A DNA stretch of 64,000 nt from the human T2T-CHM13v2.0 reference genome, Homo sapiens. The notes beneath the pieces are model-generated. The model saw nothing but the letters and a program-made list of their open reading frames with translations, ran no database searches and was not told the DNA's origin. The stretch's first letter is position 1, and the number at the start of each line of letters is the position of its first letter. This document shows positions 14,123 to 26,690 of this stretch, piece after piece. A program made the position numbers and the translations under genes. The stretch lies in NCBI RefSeq assembly GCF_009914755.1, contig NC_060938.1. One strand, given 5' to 3'.

Positions 14123-17100
14123 CATGTCTAGCGTCACCCTCCTTCCTGGCAGTGACACTGTTGATGTGAACCCCAATTTCACATCTGTCATTTGTAAATA
14201 GGACCATTTTCCCTTTTCGCTCTCCCTTCCATTCACAGGGCTTTTCATTCTCTCTGTTACTGCCTCCGTTTCAGATATTTACTCACCTTTTTCTCTCTCA
14301 CTATGTCTGCCGTGGGCTCCATGAGAGTGCGCCACATAAGATTCCCCCATTAAAAGTCATGAATTGAGTGGCTTTTAGTATACCTGTGGTTGTGCACATT
14401 CAAATTTAATTCGCAATTCATTGTAGAACGTCTTATCACTCCCGGCCAGAGAAAAACCCTGTAGACATTAGTCACTCCTCATTCTGTCTCAAACCCTCTC
14501 CCTCACCCGCAGCCCTAGGTAGCAACTACCTAGTGCGATCAATCCCATATGCATAGATTACCATATTGTGGACATTTCCTATAAGCGGAATTGCACAATA
14601 GGGGAGCTGTTATGACTGACATAACACGTAACACAATATTTTCAAGATTCGTCCACATTGTAGGCTTACCCACAGGGGGAAACCATTTTTTTGGGGGCTT
14701 TTAGTAACACCGGTGTTTTCTCCTTCTTTACGTCCTTCTTTCCTTCCTTCCTTCCTTCCTTCCTTCCTTCCTTCCTGACTTCCTTCTTTCCTTCCCTCCT
14801 TCCTCCTATTTCTCTCTTACTCCTTCTGCCCTCTCTCTTTCCTATGCCTTAGGTGCATCCCACATTCTGCGTTTTTTTGGGGAAATCCTCGACAGGTGCA
14901 GGAAAATTGTGTTATTGTAACTATTTACCGTTATCTCTCTTTCACGGCTCTCCATCAGTTGTGAACATCTATTGGTTTATCCCAAGTCTCTAAGCATATT
15001 TTCATTAGGTAAACCTGTTTTTCCTTATACAGCTGTTTCTGGAGTATAGGGTCGCATACTCATAAACCCAGTGTAACTCAGAAACGCATCTAATATTCCA
15101 GTAAACCCATCATAACGTTGAAAAATCGTAAATCAAACCATCATAAGTCACGGTTTGTCCGTGGATATGGGCCTCATCAATTCCATTGTATTCAGTAATG
15201 CTGTACACCATTAACAATGGCAGACTGATTGGGAGTGGATATTGATAGCATTATAAAAGTCAGTTATTAGAGGGATACTTCTTTAACCTGACTGAAGAAC
15301 TGATCTAATGGCTTTAGTACAGTGCATGATTATGTGCGATGTTTTGAGACAGAGTAGTACATTTGTGAATGAAATTTTATGGCTTTTTTTTTCACTTAGT
15401 AGGAACCATTGTGTGTGGAAAAGTGAGAAAATGGCTTTCTGCTGTAGGGTCTGGCATTCATTGTAGATGTAAGCTTATTTTTCTGTGAGCAAATCTTATT
15501 CAATAAAATACTACTCTTTATACTAAAAATCAAAAACAGTGGTGATGTGTGGTCATTATCCTCAGCAAACTTATCCAGGGAAAGAAAACCAAACGCCACA
15601 ACTCACTTATAATGGGAGCTGAAAAATGAGATCCCATGGACACAGGAAGGGGAACAACACACACTGGGGCCTTCCGGGAGACAGAGCGTTAAGAAAAACA
15701 GCTACTGCATGCTGGGATTAATACCTAGGTGATGGGTTGACAGGTGCAGCAAACCACCATGGCACACGTGTACCTTAGTAACAAATCTGCACATCCTGCA
15801 CATATACCCCAGAACTTAGGAACGAAACGAAACAAAAGACAACGAAAAAGCAACAGCAAAACGCTAAAGGCAAAATAAAGTTTCAAACTGAGAAAGTGAC
15901 AGACCAACGTCTGGTTCAAATCATGGTTCTCAACCCAGGTGCCATAAGGTCAGGATAAAGGATGTGATTACATATTGTCAATAAGACATGCAGCAAATGA
16001 CCAGAATGATTATTCTCAACATATGAGTGTCTTCTAATTCAATGGCGACGCTATCTACCGGGACATAGCATTAGATTCCAAAGGGCCGAGTCCCGCCAGA
16101 CAGGCCTCCCACACTAATAACAATGGGAAGCCCTACGTTGCTTTACCTGTGCTTCTCAGCCACTGGCTATAAATCAGGTTGCCACCACTCCCAGATTTAG
16201 TTGCATTCATTTGCTGGAAGAGCTCACAGCACGCAGGGAAACACATTTGCCGTTGTATTTTAGCGGACATTGCACAAAGTTCAGAAATAAATGTGGGGCC
16301 CGGCATGTGGGGAGGGGCGCACTACCTTCCAGGAAGTGCTATCCAGAAGCTCTCTGAACCCAGTCCTTTTGGGTTTTGATGGAGACCTCATTCTATAGGC
16401 ATGATGGGTTAAACCATAGGCTATTGGTGATCAACTCCACCTGGGGCTCTCCACCCTCCCTGGAAATTGGGGTTGAGGCTTTGCCATCCTCAGTCTGACT
16501 AAAAGAATTTACCCAAACGGAATTTTAAAACCGATGAGCATAACTGGAATCTTAATTAGATGATTGGATTATCTGGAGCCACACCTTGATATTCCTAACC
16601 CGAGCACCCTCATCCAACGAATGCTCCACCCAACTGGCTCCCAAGTCTCTACGTGGTTCCAGAGCAAAAGGATGTTGATACAACGCATATCTCCACCTTT
16701 TCTTCAAAGTCTTTACGCTTACACGGAAAGACTTCTTCAACTGCCATGCATCAGGGTCAGGGGGAGGTCTTGTTACAACACAGATCTGCGGATCTCCGGG
16801 GTTTGACTGTGGCAAGGATGCTGCTGGTGTCAAAACCACAACGTGGGAACCACAGAACCACTAGTGGGTTTTCAGTGTTTCAGTGCATACAATTCCTAAT
16901 ATATCTGGCTAAGAAAACTTGTAAGTTCTTAGATTGTCCCAAAGGTGGCGCATGAAATCAAAGCAGGAGAACAGTTTCCTTACGAGGTGTAGCCTGGGAA
17001 AGTTGGGGGTGACTGATGGAAAGGAGGAGTGAAGCTCCACCCTTTCCGCTGCTAGGCTGCGGCCGAGGCAATTTAAACCCACCCTGGCTGGCCTGTACTC

Positions 17101-17226
17101 AGATCTTCGCGGAGCGGATCAGCGGCCGGAGCGTTTGGCGGACTCTGCGTGGACTTGGAGCTCACAGAGTCTTGCGACTTGGAAGCGGATTCAGAGGACA
17201 GGACAGAACACTTGGACAAGTGAATC

Positions 17227-17257
<31 letters not shown>

Positions 17258-17428
17258 CATTGGTTGGTTGATTTCCATTTTCTTAAGGGGCACATACCTC
17301 ACACCGCACACACACAAACACACACACGCACACACACACACACACACGCACACACACGCACACACACTCCTTCCTTCTGCGAGTTAGAACGTTAGTAGGG
17401 GCCCCTGGGAGCTGCAGGTTTCCTAAAC

Positions 17429-20410
17429 ATGTCTGCACCTAAGAACAGTAGGGTCTTGTCTGGCTCTTCTTATGAACGGTCCCCCAGCCCGGACTCCCCA
17501 AGGTCCATGCGAGCCTCACCCAGCTTCTCCCTCTCCCCTCTCAGAAACTCAGGCTTAAGGGGAAGCTCCTCACCAGGGATCGGGAGCTACCATTCACCAT
17601 CCCCTAGGGCTTCACCACACTCACCTCTGTCATCACCAGAATCCCACAAGCTCCCATTTCCCTGTCCTCACCGTGATGGGCAATCAATAAAGCCATTGGG
17701 CTCTCCCGTGTCCTCCTCTGAGGAATCCTAAGAGTCCCCACGTTCATCAATAATATACCACATGTTCTTACTGCCATCACCCAGCAGCTCACCCCCAGCT
17801 CTCGGGGGGTCTCCTGTGTCTCCCAGCTACTCTCCAAACAACCCCAGATTTCAGCTGCGGTCAGCCCCCCACACCAAGGAATCACCTACAAACTCACGAG
17901 CCTCACTTTTCTCCACCCCTGTGTCTTTCATCTCTTCACCCCCAGGCCTCAGGGACCCTCCTGTGGCTCCCAGTTACTCTCCAGCCATCCCCAGGTTCCT
18001 GCGCGAGTCAGCCCCATACACCCAGGAGTCCCCCAGAGACTCACAGGTCTTGGGAGATTATGAGCGGTCCCTCAGCCCTGACTCCTCAAGATTCATGCCT
18101 GCCTCACCCAGCTTCTCCCTCTCCCCTCCCAGAAACTCAGACCCAAGGGGCAGCTCCTCACCAGGGATGTGGAAGTCCTCTACATCATCCCGCAGGGCTT
18201 CACCACTCTCACATCCGTCATCAACAGAATTCCACAACTTTACGTTTCCCTTTCCTAACCAAGCAGGACAGTCACTCATGTCATTGTGTTCTCCCGTGAC
18301 CTCCTCTGGAGATTCTTCACAGTCACCTCATTCATCAATAATATACCATATGTTCTTACTGCCATCATCCAGCAGCTCACCCCCAGCCACCCATGACTCT
18401 CCTGTCTGTCCCAGCTACTCTCCAACTACGCCCAGATTTCAGCGGGAGTCTCTACCCCACACCCCAGAAACACCTACAAACTCACAGACCTCAGTGAGAT
18501 CCTCGCCAGTCTCTCTCACGTCTTCACCCCCAGCCCTTACGGACCCTCCAGTCTGTCCCAGCTACTCTCCAACCACGCCCACATTTCAGCGCGGGTCAGT
18601 TCCAGGAACCCAGGGATCACCACCAAGCCCACCGCTTTCACTGAGTTACTCCCCAGTCTCTAGCACGTCTTTATCTCCAACCCTCAGGGACTCGCCTGTC
18701 TGTCCCAGCTACTCTCCAAACACGCCCACACTTCAGCGGCAGTCCGTTGCAGGCACCCAGAAGTCACCACCAAACTCACCAATTTCACTGCGTTACTCCC
18801 CAGTCTCTCTCATGTCTTCACCATCCCTCAGGGACTCTCCCGTCTGTCCCAGCTACTCTCCAACCACGCCCACATTTCAGCTGGAGTCAGTTCCAGGCAC
18901 CCCGGAATCACCACCAAACTCACCAATTTCACTCAGTTACTCCTCAGTCTCTACCACGTCTTTATCTCCAACCCTCAGGGACTCTCCTGTGTGTCCCAGC
19001 TACTCTCCAACCATGCCCACACTTCAGCGGGAGTCAGTTCCAGGCACCCAGGAATCACCACCAAACTCACCAATTTCACTCAATTACTCTCCAGTCTCTC
19101 TCGTGTCTTCACCAGCCCTCAGGGACTCTCCTGTCTGTCCCAGCTACTCTACAACCACGCCCACATTTCAGCTGGAGTCAGTTCCAGGCACCCCGGAGTC
19201 ACCACCAAACTCACCAGTTTCACTCAGTTACTCCCCGGTCTCTCTCATGTCATCACCCCCAGCCCTCAGGGACTCTCCTGTGTGTCCCAGCTACTCTCCA
19301 ACCATGCCCAGATTCCAGCGGGAGTCAGTTCCAGGCACCCATGTATCACCACCAAACTCAGCAGTTTCACTGAGTTACTCCCCAGTCTCTCTCATGTCTT
19401 CACCCCCAGACCCCTGGGACTCTCCTGTCTGTCCCAGCTACTCTCCCACCACGCCCAGATTTCAGCGGGAGTCAGCCTCCCACACTCCGGAATCAGATAC
19501 AGACTCACAGACTTCACTGAACTCCTCCCTGGTCTCTCTCAGGTCTTTGCCCTCATCCCACAGGGACTCTTGTGTCTCTTTCAGCTACTCTCAAAACTTC
19601 TCTAGATTCCAGCTGGAGTCAGTTCCAGGCACCCACGATACACCACCGAACTCACGAATTTCACTGACTTACGCCCCAGTCTCCCTCATGTTCTCACCCC
19701 CAGCCCTCAGGGACTCTTCTGTCTCTCTCAGCTACTCTCCAACCATCTCCAGATTTCACCTGGAGTCAGCTTCCCACACCCTGGAATCACCTGCAAACTC
19801 ACGGACCTTACTGCAACCATCCCCCATTTCTTTCACCTCTTCACCCCCTGCCTTCAGGGACTCTCCTGGGTCTCCCAGCTTCTCTCCAGCCTTCCCCAGA
19901 TTTCTGCCACAGTCAGCCCCAGGCACCCAGGACAACCCTAGACACTCACAGGCCTCACCAGACTATCTCCCTATGACCTGTACCTATACAGGGATGGCTC
20001 CCACGCATCCCTCAGTGACCCCAAACCCATCTCCACTTACACTCAGGCACTCCCAGGGCCTGACAGCTACTCCCCGTTATTGTCCTTCAGTTCGAAGCCC
20101 TGGCCAATCTACTAGCCCACATGACGCAGTTACCTGGCCATTTCTCCACGGTTCCCGGGAGGGCCCCACACCCAGCCGCACAAGAGCCCCTCCTGCATTC
20201 CGTCCTCACACGCAGGCCTGTCCATCTACTTGCTACTGTCACACTCTTGCCAGCAGAAGAGGCCCCTGTAATGGCCGATATCACCACCCAGTCTATCCTC
20301 ACCCCACAGCTGTGCAGCGGGAACCCCCTGCTGGCCCACGTGGCTGCCACAGCCCATGCTGGCACGACGCTCCAGCAGGTCGGCGTCCCTGCGGGCCAAA
20401 CTACCGGTGA
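17429..20410 (+). pseudogene. Copy with nonsense mutation S101* (TAA 17729-17731); 882-aa ORF remains from the ATG at 17762
   Basis: TCA>TAA relative to the other units; the rest of the frame is intact. Confidence 0.65.
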
Positions 20411-23400
20411 CATGTCTAGCGTCACCCTCCTTCCTGGCAGTGACACTGTTGATGTGAACCCCAATTTCACATCTGTCATTTGTAAATAGGACCATTTTCC
20501 CTTTTCGCTCTCCCTTCCATTCACAGGGCTTTTCATTCTCTCTGTTACTGCCTCCGTTTCAGATATTTACTCACCTTTTTCTCTCTCACTATGTCTGCCG
20601 TGGGCTCCATGAGAGTGCGCCACATAAGATTCCCCCATTAAAAGTCATGAATTGAGTGGCTTTTAGTATACCTGTGGTTGTGCACATTCAAATTTAATTC
20701 GCAATTCATTGTAGAACGTCTTATCACTCCCGGCCAGAGAAAAACCCTGTAGACATTAGTCACTCCTCATTCTGTCTCAAACCCTCTCCCTCACCCGCAG
20801 CCCTAGGTAGCAACTACCTAGTGCGATCAATCCCATATGCATAGATTACCATATTGTGGACATTTCCTATAAGCGGAATTGCACAATAGGGGAGCTGTTA
20901 TGACTGACATAACACGTAACACAATATTTTCAAGATTCGTCCACATTGTAGGCTTACCCACAGGGGGAAACCATTTTTTTGGGGGCTTTTAGTAACACCG
21001 GTGTTTTCTCCTTCGTTACGTCCTTCTTTCCTTCCTTCCTTCCTTCCTTCCTTCCTGACTTCCTTCTTTCCTTCCCTCCTTCCTCCTATTTCTCTCTTAC
21101 TCCTTCTGCCCTCTCTCTTTCCTATGCCTTAGGTGCATCCCACATTCTGCGTTTTTTTGGGGAAATCCTCGACAGGTGCAGGAAAATTGTGTTATTGTAA
21201 CTATTTACCGTTATCTCTCTTTCACGGCTCTCCATCAGTTGTGAACATCTATTGGTTTATCCCAAGTCTCTAAGCATATTTTCATTAGGTAAACCTGTTT
21301 TTCCTTATACAGCTGTTTCTGGAGTATAGGGTCGCATACTCATAAACCCAGTGTAACTCAGAAACGCATCTAATATTCCAGTAAACCCATCATAACGTTG
21401 AAAAATCGTAAATCAAACCATCATAAGTCACGGTTTGTCCGTGGATATGGGCCTCATCAATTCCATTGTATTCAGTAATGCTGTACACCATTAACAATGG
21501 CAGACTGATTGGGAGTGGATATTGATAGCATTATAAAAGTCAGTTATTAGAGGGATACTTCTTTAACCTGACTGAAGAACTGATCTAATGGCTTTAGTAC
21601 AGTGCATGATTATGTGCGATGTTTTGAGACAGAGTAGTACATTTGTGAATGAAATTTTATGGCTTTTTTTTTCACTTAGTAGGAACCATTGTGTGTGGAA
21701 AAGTGAGAAAATGGCTTTCTGCTGTAGGGTCTGGCATTCATTGTAGATGTAAGCTTATTTTTCTGTGAGCAAATCTTATTCAATAAAATACTACTCTTTA
21801 TACTAAAAAACAAAAACAGTGGTGATGTGTGGTCATTATCCTCAGCAAACTTATCCAGGGAAAGAAAACCAAACGCCACAACTCACTTATAATGGGAGCT
21901 GAAAAATGAGATCCCATGGACACAGGAAGGGGAACAACACACACTGGGGCCTTCCGGGAGACAGAGCGTTAAGAAAAACAGCTACTGCATGCTGGGATTA
22001 ATACCTAGGTGATGGGTTGACAGGTGCAGCAAACCACCATGGCACACGTTTACCTTAGTAACAAATCTGCACATCATGCACATATACCCCAGAACTTAGG
22101 AACGAAACGAAACAAAAGACAACGAAAAAGCAACAGCAAAACGCTAAAGGCAAAATAAAGTTTCAAACTGAGAAAGTGACAGACCAACGTCTGGTTCAAA
22201 TCATGGTTCTCAACCCAGGTGCCATAAGGTCAGGATAAAGGATGTGATTACATATTGTCAATAAGACATGCAGCAAATGACCAGAATGATTATTCTCAAC
22301 ATATGAGTGTCTTCTAATTCAATGGCGACGCTATCTACCGGGACATAGCATTAGATTCCAAAGGGCCGAGTCCCGCCAGACAGGCCTCCCACACTAATAA
22401 CAATGGGAAGCCCTACGTTGCTTTACCTGTGCTTCTCAGCCACTGGCTATAAATCAGGTTGCCACCACTCCCAGATTTAGTTGCATTCATTTGCTGGAAG
22501 AGCTCACAGCACGCAGGGAAACACATTTGCCGTTGTATTTTAGCGGACATTGCACAAAGTTCAGAAATAAATGTGGGGCCCGGCATGTGGGGAGGGGCGC
22601 ACTACCTTCCAGGAAGTGCTATCCAGAAGCTCTCTGAACCCAGTCCTTTTGGGTTTTGATGGAGACCTCATTCTATAGGCATGATGGGTTAAACCATAGG
22701 CTATTGGTGATCAACTCCACCTGGGGCTCTCCACCCTCCCTGGAAATTGGGGTTGAGGCTTTGCCATCCTCAGTCTGACTAAAAGAATTTACCCAAACGG
22801 AATTTTAAAACCGATAAGCATAACTGGAATCTTAATTAGATGATTGGATTATCTGGAGCCACACCTTGATATTCCTAACCCGAGCACCCTCATCCAACGA
22901 ATGCTCCACCCAACTGGCTCCCAAGTCTCTACGTGGTTCCAGAGCAAAAGGATGTTGATACAACGCATATCTCCACCTTTTCTTCAAAGTCTTTACGCTT
23001 ACACGGAAAGACTTCTTCAACTGCCATGCATCAGGGTCAGGGGGAGGTCTTGTTACAACACAGATCTGCGGATCTCCGGGGTTTGACTGTGGCAAGGATG
23101 CTGCTGGTGTCAAAACCACAACGTGGGAACCACAGAACCACTAGTGGGTTTTCAGTGTTTCAGTGCATACAATTCCTAATATATCTGGCTAAGAAAACTT
23201 GTAAGTTCTTAGATTGTCCCAAAGGTGGCGCATGAAATCAAAGCAGGAGAACAGTTTCCTTACGAGGTGTAGCCTGGGAAAGTTGGGGGTGACTGATGGA
23301 AAGGAGGAGTGAAGCTCCACCCTTTCCGCTGCTAGGCTGCGGCCGAGGCAATTTAAACCCACCCTGGCTGGCCTGTACTCAGATCTTCGCGGAGCGGATC

Positions 23401-23506
23401 AGCGGCCGGAGCGTTTGGCGGACTCTGCGTGGACTTGGAGCTCACAGAGTCTTGCGACTTGGAAGCGGATTCAGAGGACAGGACAGAACACTTGGACAAG
23501 TGAATC

Positions 23507-23537
<31 letters not shown>

Positions 23538-23708
23538 CATTGGTTGGTTGATTTCCATTTTCTTAAGGGGCACATACCTCACACCGCACACACACAAACA
23601 CACACACGCACACACACACACACACACGCACACACACGCACACACACTCCTTCCTTCTGCGAGTTAGAACGTTAGTAGGGGCCCCTGGGAGCTGCAGGTT
23701 TCCTAAAC

Positions 23709-26690
23709 ATGTCTGCACCTAAGAACAGTAGGGTCTTGTCTGGCTCTTCTTATGAACGGTCCCCCAGCCCGGACTCCCCAAGGTCCATGCGAGCCTCACC
23801 CAGCTTCTCCCTCTCCCCTCTCAGAAACTCAGGCTTAAGGGGAAGCTCCTCACCAGGGATCGGGAGCTACCATTCACCATCCCCTAGGGCTTCACCACAC
23901 TCACCTCTGTCATCACCAGAATCCCACAAGCTCCCATTTCCCTGTCCTCACCGTGATGGGCAATCAATAAAGCCATTGGGCTCTCCCGTGTCCTCCTCTG
24001 AGGAATCCTCAGAGTCCCCACGTTCATCAATAATATACCACATGTTCTTACTGCCATCACCCAGCAGCTCACCCCCAGCTCTCGGGGGGTCTCCTGTGTC
24101 TCCCAGCTACTCTCCAAACAACCCCAGATTTCAGCTGCGGTCAGCCCCCCACACCAAGGAATCACCTACAAACTCACGAGCCTCACGCTGCTCCACCCCT
24201 GTGTCTTTCATCTCTTCACCCCCAGGCCTCAGGGACCCTCCTGTGGCTCCCAGTTACTCTCCAGCCATCCCCAGGTTCCTGCGGGAGTCAGCCCCATACA
24301 CCCAGGAGTCCCCCAGAGACTCACAGGTCTTGGGAGATTATGAGCGGTCCCTCAGCCCTGACTCCTCAAGATTCATGCCTGCCTCACCCAGCTTCTCCCT
24401 CTCCCCTCCCAGAAACTCAGACCCAAGGGGCAGCTCCTCACCAGGGATGTGGAAGTCCTCTACATCATCCCGCAGGGCTTCACCACTCTCACATCCGTCA
24501 TCAACAGAATTCCACAACTTTACGTTTCCCTTTCCTAACCAAGCAGGACAGTCACTCATGTCATTGTGTTCTCCCGTGACCTCCTCTGGAGATTCTTCAC
24601 AGTCACCTCATTCATCAATAATATACCATATGTTCTTACTGCCATCATCCAGCAGCTCACCCCCAGCCACCCATGACTCTCCTGTCTGTCCCAGCTACTC
24701 TCCAACTACGCCCAGATTTCAGCGGGAGTCTCTACCCCACACCCCAGAAACACCTACAAACTCACAGACCTCAGTGAGATCCTCGCCAGTCTCTCTCACG
24801 TCTTCACCCCCAGCCCTTACGGACCCTCCAGTCTGTCCCAGCTACTCTCCAACCACGCCCACATTTCAGCGCGGGTCAGTTCCAGGAACCCAGGGATCAC
24901 CACCAAGCCCACCGCTTTCACTGAGTTACTCCCCAGTCTCTAGCACGTCTTTATCTCCAACCCTCAGGGACTCGCCTGTCTGTCCCAGCTACTCTCCAAA
25001 CACGCCCACACTTCAGCGGCAGTCCGTTGCAGGCACCCAGAAGTCACCACCAAACTCACCAATTTCACTGCGTTACTCCCCAGTCTCTCTCATGTCTTCA
25101 CCATCCCTCAGGGACTCTCCCGTCTGTCCCAGCTACTCTCCAACCACGCCCACATTTCAGCTGGAGTCAGTTCCAGGCACCCCGGAATCACCACCAAACT
25201 CACCAATTTCACTCAGTTACTCCTCAGTCTCTACCACGTCTTTATCTCCAACCCTCAGGGACTCTCCTGTGTGTCCCAGCTACTCTCCAACCATGCCCAC
25301 ACTTCAGCGGGAGTCAGTTCCAGGCACCCAGGAATCACCACCAAACTCACCAATTTCACTCAATTACTCTCCAGTCTCTCTCGTGTCTTCACCAGCCCTC
25401 AGGGACTCTCCTGTCTGTCCCAGCTACTCTACAACCACGCCCACATTTCAGCTGGAGTCAGTTCCAGGCACCCCGGAGTCACCACCAAACTCACCAGTTT
25501 CACTCAGTTACTCCCCGGTCTCTCTCATGTCATCACCCCCAGCCCTCAGGGACTCTCCTGTGTGTCCCAGCTACTCTCCAACCATGCCCAGATTCCAGCG
25601 GGAGTCAGTTCCAGGCACCCATGTATCACCACCAAACTCAGCAGTTTCACTGAGTTACTCCCCAGTCTCTCTCATGTCTTCACCCCCAGACCCCTGGGAC
25701 TCTCCTGTCTGTCCCAGCTACTCTCCCACCACGCCCAGATTTCAGCGGGAGTCAGCCTCCCACACTCCGGAATCAGATACAGACTCACAGACTTCACTGA
25801 ACTCCTCCCTGGTCTCTCTCAGGTCTTTGCCCTCATCCCACAGGGACTCTTGTGTCTCTTTCAGCTACTCTCAAAACTTCTCTAGATTCCAGCTGGAGTC
25901 AGTTCCAGGCACCCACGATACACCACCGAACTCACGAATTTCACTGACTTACGCCCCAGTCTCCCTCATGTTCTCACCCCCAGCCCTCAGGGACTCTTCT
26001 GTCTCTCTCAGCTACTCTCCAACCATCTCCAGATTTCACCTGGAGTCAGCTTCCCACACCCTGGAATCACCTGCAAACTCACGGACCTTACTGCAACCAT
26101 CCCCCATTTCTTTCACCTCTTCACCCCCTGCCTTCAGGGACTCTCCTGGGTCTCCCAGCTTCTCTCCAGCCTTCCCCAGATTTCTGCCACAGTCAGCCCC
26201 AGGCACCCAGGACAACCCTAGACACTCACAGGCCTCACCAGACTATCTCCCTATGACCTGTACCTATACAGGGATGGCTCCCACGCATCCCTCAGTGACC
26301 CCAAACCCATCTCCACTTACACTCAGGCACTCCCAGGGCCTGACAGCTACTCCCCGTTATTGTCCTTCAGTTCGAAGCCCTGGCCAATCTACTAGCCCAC
26401 ATGACGCAGTTACCTGGCCATTTCTCCACGGTTCCCGGGAGGGCCCCACACCCAGCCGCACAAGAGCCCCTCCTGCATTCCGTCCTCACACGCAGGCCTG
26501 TCCATCTACTTGCTACTGTCACACTCTTGCCAGCAGAAGAGGCCCCTGTAATGGCCGATATCACCACCCAGTCTATCCTCACCCCACAGCTGTGCAGCGG
26601 GAACCCCCTGCTGGCCCACGTGGCTGCCACAGCCCATGCTGGCACGACGCTCCAGCAGGTCGGCGTCCCTGCGGGCCAAACTACCGGTGA
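23709..26690 (+). CDS. 993-aa CTD-heptad-like repeat protein, intact copy
   Basis: Full ORF; protein appears identical to the 4861 copy. Confidence 0.7.
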   Translation: MSAPKNSRVLSGSSYERSPSPDSPRSMRASPSFSLSPLRNSGLRGSSSPGIGSYHSPSPRASPHSPLSSPESHKLPFPCPHRDGQSIKPLGSPVSSSEESSESPRSSIIYHMFLLPSPSSSPPALGGSPVSPSYSPNNPRFQLRSAPHTKESPTNSRASRCSTPVSFISSPPGLRDPPVAPSYSPAIPRFLRESAPYTQESPRDSQVLGDYERSLSPDSSRFMPASPSFSLSPPRNSDPRGSSSPGMWKSSTSSRRASPLSHPSSTEFHNFTFPFPNQAGQSLMSLCSPVTSSGDSSQSPHSSIIYHMFLLPSSSSSPPATHDSPVCPSYSPTTPRFQRESLPHTPETPTNSQTSVRSSPVSLTSSPPALTDPPVCPSYSPTTPTFQRGSVPGTQGSPPSPPLSLSYSPVSSTSLSPTLRDSPVCPSYSPNTPTLQRQSVAGTQKSPPNSPISLRYSPVSLMSSPSLRDSPVCPSYSPTTPTFQLESVPGTPESPPNSPISLSYSSVSTTSLSPTLRDSPVCPSYSPTMPTLQRESVPGTQESPPNSPISLNYSPVSLVSSPALRDSPVCPSYSTTTPTFQLESVPGTPESPPNSPVSLSYSPVSLMSSPPALRDSPVCPSYSPTMPRFQRESVPGTHVSPPNSAVSLSYSPVSLMSSPPDPWDSPVCPSYSPTTPRFQRESASHTPESDTDSQTSLNSSLVSLRSLPSSHRDSCVSFSYSQNFSRFQLESVPGTHDTPPNSRISLTYAPVSLMFSPPALRDSSVSLSYSPTISRFHLESASHTLESPANSRTLLQPSPISFTSSPPAFRDSPGSPSFSPAFPRFLPQSAPGTQDNPRHSQASPDYLPMTCTYTGMAPTHPSVTPNPSPLTLRHSQGLTATPRYCPSVRSPGQSTSPHDAVTWPFLHGSREGPTPSRTRAPPAFRPHTQACPSTCYCHTLASRRGPCNGRYHHPVYPHPTAVQREPPAGPRGCHSPCWHDAPAGRRPCGPNYR

